Shown: positions 54,145 to 64,000 of the stretch, piece by piece
Position numbering within the stretch: the stretch's first letter is position 1
Layout: each line of letters opens with the position of its first letter
Assembly: GCA_964016885.1 (NCBI GenBank)
Contig: OZ024752.1
Location: 27,962,001 to 28,026,000 of the forward strand
Direction: 5' to 3'
Origin: Eledone cirrhosa
Lineage: Eukaryota
Length of the DNA stretch: 64,000 bases
Position numbers and translations under genes: made by a program
The notes under the pieces: generated by a model
Told to the model about the DNA's origin: nothing
Database searches by the model: none
Seen by the model: the letters and a program-made list of their open reading frames with translations, nothing else

Positions 54145-54145
<1 letters not shown>

Positions 54146-55318
54146 TAGCAGTGTATCCAGGCGTTGTACGGGTAAGAACATTGGTAATAGCACCTCCAAT
54201 GAGAAACGTTTATTTGTGAGTTCCTGTTAAAAACTCACGAAAATATACCGACAGGAAACTTGTTTTATTTGGAAAAATTTAAGAAGTTGAAAGTACAGTT
54301 TAGCTGTCTACGTGCATTGTTCATAGAAATATTGTTGAGCCCCTTCTTTTCATACTCCTCTGTTTTGGCCTATTGGAGTAAATGTGAAAGAGAAAGTCAC
54401 AGGTTAAGTTGGCAGAAGGTTCCAGTGCAATAGCATTAAGGCGTAGGCTACTTAACCCAAAAGTTCATTCGCACTCTTTCCACTAAGTTACTCTTTTTCC
54501 ATATCCCTCTCGGTGCAGTCCCTTGCGAATTTCTCGCGCAGGCCTTGTGTAGATTTGCACTCGAACCATCTGTCCGATGCACATGTCCGCTTTGTACAGC
54601 TTTTGGAGGAAGGGGTGACCAGCAGTACGTTGTTCGGTATTATTACGAAAAGGTGTAGCAGATAATCCCGCGTGAACTAACAGCTCGGGAGGAAACTGCT
54701 TACCTCGAAGATTCATTCACCATCGTTCTTCTCAACGCTCCGTTTAGTTGGTATTTGTTGGTCTACAGTTAGATGAATTGCACACAAAGGGTTAATGTTT
54801 ATTGGCAAGAAATGGCAACTGAGCTGGCTTGTCTCGCTTGTATTATATATTAAAATAACCGATTACAGTTTAAGCAAAGAATCGCTGATTTCACCCTTAA
54901 CGGGATCTTCTGAAATTAAAAAAATCAATCTGTGAACGCAGAAGTAAATATTTCGAAAAACGTTCCAACCGAAGGAAAACAGGAAGACGATACTTTGGTT
55001 CGTGAAAACATTCTAGGCAATGAACGGAAAATAGCGAACATAATACGTCATCAATGTTTGTCATAATGTCGTAATGCAGACAGCCAGACATCGAGACAGA
55101 TATTATAAGGGCGTGACGGAGATCGATAACCAGCGCCAAGACACCTTTAACAACAGAAAATTGAAAAATAAAAGCTGCAGTTAAAATCTTTAGAACGCAA
55201 GGAATATGTAAATGCAAGTTTGAAGTCAACCGGAGTAGAAATGTGGATTTGTATAAACTTTGCAAAAATGAGGACACACATACACACAGACAATTACAGT
55301 TTTCTATATTTGTATGTA
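54145..55318 (-). mobile_element. Non-autonomous Helitron (5' end approximate)
   Basis: Minus-strand 3' end CCCGTACAACGCCTGGATACACTGCTAG|t at 54145; internal 54846-55113 shares blocks with 10724-10835 and 11303-11355. Confidence 0.7.
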
Positions 55319-55525
55319 TATATATATATATATATTAGAAAGTGTGGGCTTTTTTACAAAATGAAAAAAAACGAGTGAAAGTATAAGGGAAAAAGATGAA
55401 ATCGAAAATGCAACAGGAGACTTTTTTTAAAATATATTTATTTAGTTCCTCTACCGGTTTCGCAGTTCTTTTCAAAATTAGAATTGAGATGGAGGGTTTG
55501 TGGTTTTTCTCACATACACACACAG

Positions 55526-55640
<115 letters not shown>

Positions 55641-55710
55641 ATATATATATATAAATTAATAAAAACAATGAATAAAAACAAAGAAACAAGTTCCATATAT
55701 TAAAAAATTC

Positions 55711-55823
55711 ATCATTTTACGATCGTTTCTAGGATATATATATGTGTTGGTATGTAAAAATATTACAAACTATCAGAGGAAATATACATACATTCACATA
55801 TATCTGCTGTCTTCAGAAATAAT
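55711..55823 (-). ncRNA. Type-I hammerhead ribozyme with long stem II
   Basis: Minus: AUUAUUU-CUGAAGA-(about 80 nt)-GAAA-CGAUCG-UA-AAAUGAU. Confidence 0.72.
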
Positions 55824-55916
55824 AATTTCTTTATTTGCTGTCTTCAGAAATAATGATGTCTTTATTTGCTGTCTTCAGAAATAATGATTTCTTTATTTGC
55901 TGTCTTCAGAAATAAT
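55805..55916. repeat. 31-bp tandem repeat, about 3.6 copies
   Basis: TGCTGTCTTCAGAAATAATGATTTCTTTATT at 55805, 55836, 55867 and 55898. Confidence 0.9.
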
Positions 55917-56542
55917 GCGATTTGTTTATTGAAAAAAAAAAAAACACAGATTTAATGTAATAGGTTAGTTTGGGAACAGGTTTTGAATTGACCAATAGAA
56001 AAGTAGTAAGAGGTCAAGTTGATAGAATAGTAGTAGTAGAAATTTAATTTAGAGGTAGACGAATGCAGACTTATGTTTTGAATGGAAAGAATACTTTGAA
56101 TGAAAATAATACTTTGGGGATGAACAGAGGTCAAGCCGGTGAAGGGTACACGAAAATTTGATGTTATTAAAGAATAATGTTAAAAACGAAGGAGAGTAAA
56201 ATTTTAGGGTAAAGGTATTAGTGAGAAATACCAATCTTATTTAAAACACAAGTAATTTAGATCTATAACAAGAAATTAAATTAATTGATAGGTATATATA
56301 TATAATTATATATATATATATATATATATAATTATATATAAATATATATATATAATTATAGTATTAAGGATACTATTTATGGTTATGTATAGTTACTCTT
56401 TTACTCTTTTACCTGTTTCAGCCATCCGGCTGAGGCCATATATTTTAAACCCTAAACAGTGAAAGACAGTAATTTATTATTACCTTATTACCAGTAAGAT
56501 AAATAGCTCAATGTAATAACATCAGTTGTTCTACAGAGTAGT

Positions 56543-57133
56543 TATATAGAAATTACATGAATCAAAGTTCTGTTCAAACCATTTATTGGCTTACAATTGT
56601 TTCTTCCAAACCGAGGTTTGGGGTCTTCGGAGCAATTTTTCAATGATTGTTTACATACATGACCTCATTTCCAACACAAGAGACACACAGAAACACATGT
56701 ATATATCGATGCACAGTGGGTTGACATCCATTATAATATTTTAGAATGGCAATTTACATTCAACGATTAAAGTCATATTAAAAGAAAACAAATTTAAAGT
56801 TAAAATACAACATTGGCAGTTTACGAAGATAATGCAAGAGGATAGTTTGCAGTAAACTGCCAATGTTGTATTTTAACTTTAATTTTGTTTTCTTTTAATA
56901 TGACTTTAATCTTTGAATGTAAATTGCCATGCTAAAATATTATAATGGATGTCAACCCACTGTGCATCGAAATATACATGTGTTTCTGTGTGTCTCTTGT
57001 GTTGGAAATGAGGTCATGTATGTAAACAATCATTGAAAAATTGCTCCGAAGACTCCAAACCTCGGTTTGGAAGAAACAATTATAAGCTAATAAATGGTTT
57101 GAACAGAATTTTGATTCAGGTAATTTCTATATA
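56543..57133. repeat. Inverted repeat (282-bp arms, 27-bp spacer), same family as 36481-37708 in opposite orientation; tail 56448-56542
   Basis: Arms 56543-56824 and 56852-57133; the tail is the reverse complement of the 37610-37708 type. Confidence 0.9.
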
Positions 57134-57290
57134 TAATTATATATATATATATAATTATATATATATAAATATATATATATAATTATACATATATATATAT
57201 AATTATATATATATATATATAATTATATTTATATATAATTATATATATATATAATTATATATATATATAATTATATATATATATATATAT

Positions 57291-60200
57291 TTCGTTTCTG
57301 AATTTGTTTAGCAAGATTCTTTATCTGAAAACGTGTGTTGAAACCGATATTGTTATACTTTGGGAGGGTCATGTTGCCAATAAGAAACACACGCACCAGT
57401 TGCTTTCACTTCAATTTAATTTATTATATATTTATAAATTTACAAATTTATAAATTTCTGGTTGGTTGGTTGGTTCCACAACCAGATAGTTGTTTCTATA
57501 TATATAGTCATAGTTCTTTCGTCACACACTCTGTGACCTCTTCAGTGACTGGGGATTTCTTTCTTCGTTTCTGTGCCTTTCCTTTCTTCTATCCTACGCC
57601 ATTTTGTTTGTGTGTGTGGGTTGCGTGCTCAGTTTGCGCATGCGCCACATCCGGGTGTCTGTGTGTGTTTGTGTTCATTTTTCTATTTTTCTATTTATAT
57701 TTTTCTATTTGTTTGTTTATTTATTTATTTATTGTTGGTTGGTTGTTTGTTCTATGTGTGTGTGTGTTTTCATTTTGTCTTTTGTGTGTTTTCATTTTGT
57801 GTGTGTTTTCAATTGTAAGTTGTTTGTTCTATGTGTGTGTGTGTTTTCATTTTGTCCTTAATTGTAAGTTGTGATGTTGCTGTTCCACTCATATTTTCTA
57901 TTTAATTTTGGTTTTAATTCTTTTATGCTTACTGCCTCTGTAATTTGCCTAAACATTGCGTCTTTCTTGTGTGTGGATTCTATTTTTATTTCTATGCTCT
58001 CTAATTTACCCCTGTGTTCTATCTTAGCATGTTGGTATAGCACAGATGATTCTTTATTATCTTGGAGGTCTCGCCAGTGTTCATTTATTCGTTCCCCTAT
58101 ACTACGAGCTGTCTCACCTATGTACACTATATTTTTGTTTCTACATTGTCCTTCAGTACATCTTATGCTATATACTACATTTCTAGTTTTACAGTTAATA
58201 TGGGGGCTTATTTTACAGGTTATACATTTCTTGTCTATACATGAGGGTCTTTGGAACGGGTATGTCTTGCTAATAAGTGTTTTTACGGAGGTACCATACC
58301 AGGTCTTTCTACTATCTTAATATTGAGATTATGTTTCTTTAGGGCCCTTCTAAATTTGTAGGCTAGTTCGCCTCTAGGGGTTGTATTGATGAACATTACA
58401 CTCTGGTATTTATTGCTATCATACCATGAGTTTATTCTATTGGCCTTGTTCTTAGTTCTTTCTATTCTATTCCAAAATTTGCTCCTATACAAGGGGCAGG
58501 TCCCATTTATGTCATTATTTACCATTTTTTCCCATTTGGTTCTGGCTCCTTTATACACTCTGATTCTATCTCTCTGATTGTAGCCAGAGAACTGCATACG
58601 GTGGATGAAGTGTTGTATGTGTCTCTCTAGTTCTTCGGGGTTGCACATGCGGGACACATTTCTCATCACCCGTACCAAATCCGCAATCAGTATGTTGATT
58701 TTGGTATGGTCCGAAATGGCCGAGTTTCGGTGGATCAGATGTTTGGAAGTCATGGGTTTGGCATAATGGGAATGGAGGATTTGTTTTTGGTTGTTAAAAG
58801 TATCTAACCAGAGCTCTGTGTCTAGTACAGGTAATCGATGGTTGGGGTGTCTACTTGGGTAGTCTATAGTAACTCTAATGCTCTGGTGGATGGAGTTTGC
58901 TATTTGCTGGATGCTTTCCATTGTGTTTTTCTCTAGTTCCTGACTGTTCTTTAGTGGGGGTGTCTTAACTACGATGTTTATATCATCTACGCAGCGGGAG
59001 TACATTATCAGGGTTAAGCTGTCTTCTAATTGTTCATTAAGTTTTTGTTTAAGTCTACTGTCCCACCATACCATGAATAAGTTAGCTATGTCGCCTGCAA
59101 TGCTAACACCAATGGCTGCTCCTTCCTCTTGGGCATATGTTTTACCATTAAATTTGAACATATGTTCCTTAAGGGTTAATTTTATGCTGGCCCCTACCGC
59201 ATGTGCAATCATTTTCTTCAGTTCATCGTGGTTTTCGGGTGTCCGTATGGCTCTGGTCCACCCGTTCCATCTATCTGTGTGGGTTTTCTTGGCCATTGAG
59301 GTAATGGTAGGTGGTCTGCCTCTTGCTGGTCTTGTAGGGCACAGGTTGACCTTAGCAACCTGTGCCCCGAAACTCGGCCATTTCGGACCATACCAAAATC
59401 AACATACTGATTGCGGATTTGGTACGGGTGATGAGAAATGTGTCCCGCATGTGCAACCCCGAAGAACTAGAGAGACACATACAACACTTCATCCACCGTA
59501 GTTCTCTGGCTACAATCAGAGAGATAGAATCAGAGTGTATAAAGGAGCCAGAACCAAATGGGAAAAAATGGTAAATAATGACATAAATGGGACCTGCCCC
59601 TTGTATAGGAGCAAATTTTGGAATAGAATAGAAAGAACTAAGAACAAGGCCAATAGAATAAACTCATGGTATGATAGCAATAAATACCAGAGTGTAATGT
59701 TCATCAATACAACCCCTAGAGGCGAACTAGCCTACAAATTTAGAAGGGCCCTAAAGAAACATAATCTCAATATTAAGATAGTAGAAAGACCTGGTATGGT
59801 ACCTCCGTAAAAACACTTATTAGCAAGACATACCCGTTCCAAAGACCCTCATTGTATAACCTGTAAAATAAGCCCCCATATTAACTGTAAAACTAGAAAT
59901 GTAGTATATAGCATAAGATGTACTGAAGGACAATGTAGAAACAAAAATATAGTGTACATAGGTGAGACAGCTCGTAGTATAGGGGAACGGATAAATGAAC
60001 ACTGGCGAGACCTCCAAGATAATAAAGAATCATCTGTGCTCTACCAACATGCTAAGATAGAACACAGGGGTAAATTAGAGAGCATAGAAATAAAAATAGA
60101 ATCCACACACAAGAAAGACGCAATGTTTAGGCAAATTACAGAGGCAGTAAGCATAAAAGAATTAAAACCAAAATTAAATAGAAAATATGAGTGGAACAGC

Positions 60201-60732
60201 AACATCACAACTTACAATTAAGGACAAAATGAAAACACACACACACATAGAACAAACAACTTACAATTGAAAACACACACAAAATGAAAACACACAAAAG
60301 ACAAAATGAAAACACACACACACATAGAACAAACAACCAACCAACAATAAATAAATAAATAAACAAACAAATAGAAAAATATAAATAGAAAAATAGAAAA
60401 ATGAACACAAACACACACAGACACCCGGATGTGGCGCATGCGCAAACTGAGCACGCAACCCACACACACAAACAAAATGGCGTAGGATAGAAGAAAGGAA
60501 AGGCACAGAAACGAAGAAAGAAATCCCCAGTCACTGAAGAGGTCACAGAGTGTGTGACGAAAGAACTATGACTATATATATAGAAACAACTATCTGGTTG
60601 TGGAACCAACCAACCAACCAGAAATTTATAAATTTGTAAATTTATAAATATATAATAAATTAAATTGAAGTGAAAGCAACTGGTGCGTGTGTTTCTTATT
60701 GGCAACATGACCCTCCCAAAGTATAACAATAT
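57291..60732 (-). mobile_element. Penelope-like retroelement (Naiad-like), 5'-truncated, with a 1.37-kb inverted duplicate of its 3' part
   Basis: Minus copy 57291-59366 has RT (QEEGAAIGVSIAGDIANLFM, SRCVDD), a Cys-rich linker, GIY-YIG (VVYSIRC...VYIGETARS..ERINEH...EAVSI...LNRKYEWN), pLTR and tail. Plus copy 59367-60732 is the reverse complement of 57347-58730 with 4- and 14-nt deletions. Both copies share a 5-nt frameshifting duplication after ERPG. Clade assignment is from recalled motifs. Confidence 0.9.
60529..60573 (+). ncRNA. Minimal hammerhead in the Naiad-like pLTR (mirror 57506-57550 minus; variant 60875-60919 plus)
   Basis: AGUCA-CUGAAGA-gGUCAC(agagugu)GUGAC-GAAA-GAAC-UA-UGACU; the third copy has stem I UGUCA/UGACA, a compensatory change. 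Confidence 0.78.
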
Positions 60733-60764
60733 ATATATATATATAATTATATATATATAATTAT

Positions 60765-61118
60765 ACGCCATCTTGTTCTGTCCTACGCCATCTTGTTTTT
60801 TGTTTGTCACACAAAAACAAGATAGCGTAGGACAGAACAAATGTGAGGCACAAAAAACAAAGAAAAGAATCCCCTGTCACTGAAGAGGTCACAGAATGTG
60901 TGACGAAATAACTTTGACAATATATAAACAACCATCTGGTTGTGGAACCAACCAACCAACCGGAAATTTATAAATTCCTAAATTTATAAATTTATTATAT
61001 TAAATTGAAGTGAAAGCAATTGGTGCGTGTGTTTCTTATTGGCAACATGACCCTCCCAATATCGGTTTCAACACACGTTTTCAAATAAAGAATCTTGCTA
61101 AACTAATTCAGAAACGGA
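60765..61118 (+). mobile_element. Solo pLTR plus tail of the same PLE family, with a short 5' fold-back
   Basis: Diverged copy of 60475-60732 plus the tail seen at 57291-57347; contains a hammerhead at 60875-60919. Confidence 0.85.
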
Positions 61119-61483
61119 ATATATATATATATATACCTATCAATTAATTTAATTTCCTGTTATAGATTTAAATTCCTTGTGTTTTAAATATGAAAAGATT
61201 CAGGACACCGACGGCTGAGCTCCGGACGTTTAGACAGCTAGATCTGAACTAAGTCACCGGACTGGTGGCTTAGTTCTGTTCTAGCTGTCTAAACGACCGG
61301 AGCTCAGCCGTCGGGCTCCTGAATCTTTATATATTAACCACTCTACTATCCCAAATATCGAGTACTCTGGTTCGTTATGGTCCACCTGGTATCTTATCAC
61401 ACCCTCTTTGTTATATATATATATACATTATATTATATTATATTATATTATATTATATTATATTATATTATATTATATTATAT

Positions 61484-61520
<37 letters not shown>

Positions 61521-61655
61521 TATAATTGAATGGATTGGTTGTAAATTAAATTTGTTGTTCGTGGAATCCCATGACTAACTTGGCGTATGTGAGGAATATA
61601 ATATAATGAAATATCTTATAATATAATATAATATTATATAATATAATATAATATA

Positions 61656-61690
<35 letters not shown>

Positions 61691-61694
<4 letters not shown>

Positions 61695-62409
61695 GAAGAG
61701 AGAAGAAACATTTAGATATAATTAGTAATAAAATGTATCATACCTAAACTGCTCCTAGATTCCTCGACTACGTAGTTTCGTGGCATAAAGAAAAACAATA
61801 CATCATAAAGATATAGAGTCCTTGCGAGGTCTGCCGACTTATCAAGTAGATACCTCATTTTACTAGTCTCAAGAACGCGTCTATACGACGTGAGAAAGAA
61901 TCCCAAAAGGCGGAGGGGGAGATAGTCACGCGATATAACGGTCGAGAAACAGAGCTAAGCCTCTTATAACCCCGAAGAAAATACCACAGAGGCGGAGGGG
62001 GTATTTATATCGAAGCCGTAGAAGAGGTGGTGAAGGAGGCGAGAAGTATGAGTAATGGAAGCTTTCCAGCAGTCCCCACACCTCAAAGATTGCTCAACCA
62101 GAGGGAGTTATTAACAATATATTTAGAAACATACAGATACATGCGGACACACACATATACATGAATGCATCCGCACCCAACCGTGAGTTAAGGGTGCCAA
62201 CTTCACCGATCTTGCTCAATGAATAACTGGGACAGACCAATCCGGTTGAACCAGACTGAACCAGTATCAGAGTTAAAAATACATTATGAAGAGAGAAGAA
62301 ACATTTAGATATAATTAGTAACAAAATGTATCATACCTAAACTGCTCCTAGATTCCTCGACTACGTAGTTTCGTGGCATAAACAAAAACAATACATCATA
62401 AAGATATAG
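61691..62409 (-). repeat. 126-bp direct repeats with 593-bp period carrying hammerhead 3' halves
   Basis: 61691-61816 matches 62284-62409 with about 2 mismatches. Confidence 0.88.
61761..61850 (-). ncRNA. Hammerhead-like motif with U3:A8 variant (UUGAUAA) and GUC site
   Basis: Minus: UCUAC-UUGAUAA-GUcGGCA...UGCCAC-GAAA-CUACGUAG-UC-GAGGA; stem I imperfect. Confidence 0.6.
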
Positions 62410-62859
62410 GAACGAGAAGGACGCCGACGGCTGAGCTCAAGCTGAGCTCAAGCTGAGCTCAAGCTGAGCTCAAGCTGGATTAAAATTTTAGTCCAGAATT
62501 AGCCGTCGAAACTGCTTGAGCTCAGCCGTTGGGGTCCTACTCGTTCCTATTACCCACTCTACTACCCTAAGTATTGAGTACTTTGGTGCGTTATGGTCCA
62601 CCTGGTTCCTTACCACATTTCCTCCGTTATATATATATATGTATATATATATATGTATATATATATATGTATATATATTATATTATATTATATTATATTA
62701 TATTATATTATATTATATTATATTATATTATATTATATATTATATGTACTGGGTAGCTGCTGGCCTTGTGCCAAAAGTAGAAACAATTATATTATATTAT
62801 ATTATATTATATTATATTATATTATATTATATTATATTATATTATATTTTATTATATTA

Positions 62860-63802
62860 TATTCCCCACGTACGCCAAATTAGTCATGGGATTCCATGAA
62901 CCAAATATTTACAACCAAACCCTTCTATTATTCGGAGAATCTTTATTTACACAACCCAAAAATAATTGTTAGAAATATCTAGACGATTGCCAGGAAAACA
63001 TCAATACACACACTCTTTTCAAAAATATGATAAACAAAATTAACAATAACTTACAATTCACAATGTAGTCCAACTTCAAGGAATTAGTCTTCCTGGATAT
63101 CCTTATTTTAAAAACAGATGCAAAAATAGTAACAGATCTTTTATAAATCCACGCACTCCAAACAGTGCCTCCTCTTCACATCAAATCACCCAAACATACA
63201 AAACTTAACATTCCTTTTAACTTAAACAAACGTATATGCACCATAGTATCAGACCCAGCTAAACGGGAACAAAGATTAAATGAAGTAAAAAACACACATA
63301 CCTTAATAGCCTTCCCAATTGACATAATTAATAACGGAATAGACAGAGCAAAACACGCTAATTTTCATCAAACCAATAACCCAAAGCACAGAACCACAAA
63401 TAATACCTTGCCATGTATATCCACGTTCAACTCCAGAAACATTGAAATGTTCGACCACCTACACAAAAACCTCCCCATTCTACTTAAAGATCTAAAAATG
63501 AAAAAAAGTCCTAGCAACACACAAGATCATTAAAAGAAAAAGGCAACCCAAATCACTAAAACACAAACCAATCTCCAGCCTTACAGTAACAAATTGTGTA
63601 AGAACAAACTCTGTCCCATGCCTATAGTTAATTGAAGGACAAAAATTCACATTTAAAGATGGCCAAGTTTTTATAGTGAAAGACAACTTCACTTGCAACT
63701 CAGAGAACCTGACCTACGTAAGCACATGCGGTGGCTGCCGTCGTAACTACATAGGACAGACGGGTGTGTTATTACGCAAAAGAATTACCATCCATTGCCA
63801 AA
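62860..63802 (+). mobile_element. Degenerate Penelope-like (Neptune-like) RT plus GIY-YIG fragment
   Basis: [90 protein letters not shown], with stops and frameshifts. Confidence 0.85.
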
Positions 63803-63806
63803 ATAA

Positions 63807-63921
<115 letters not shown>

Positions 63922-64000
63922 GTGAAGATATATATATGTATATATATGTGTATATATATGTGTGTAGATTTATGTGTGTATATATATATATATGTGTATA

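Noticed and set aside
58130-58290. Possible selenocysteine (in-frame UGA) in the Naiad-like element, as reported for some Naiads
   Set aside because: All Cys positions in the linker and endonuclease are TGT; the ORF break is a 5-nt duplication leading to TAA.

Overview
AT-rich, microsatellite-dense eukaryotic DNA, very probably from an octopus (S-crystallin genes, octopus-type tRNA-derived SINEs). It holds two intact tandem + strand paralogues of a six-exon, 215-aa long-loop S-crystallin (sigma-GST-derived lens protein): CDS 5654-15236 and 39931-50564, each with a TATA promoter and a 30-nt micro-exon. Between them lies a full-length but ORF-disrupted 6.6-kb Helitron (28298-34921); two non-autonomous Helitrons lie elsewhere. 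There are fragments of three kinds of Penelope-like retroelement (PLE; RT and GIY-YIG), an RTE LINE tail, many SINEs and a possible Polinton remnant. The most striking signal is more than a dozen type-I minimal hammerhead-ribozyme motifs from about 10 unrelated sequence families, including U3:A8 and C4 core variants. Almost all sit in (TA)n tracts, and many lie in fold-back modules of the form [inverted copy]><[hammerhead, AATAAA, tail]. These include a 1.1-kb spacer-less palindrome, multi-copy non-coding mini-elements of about 200 bp, and a 593-bp retrozyme-like tandem unit. Everything was read by eye; ribozyme activity, clade assignments and novelty are unverified.
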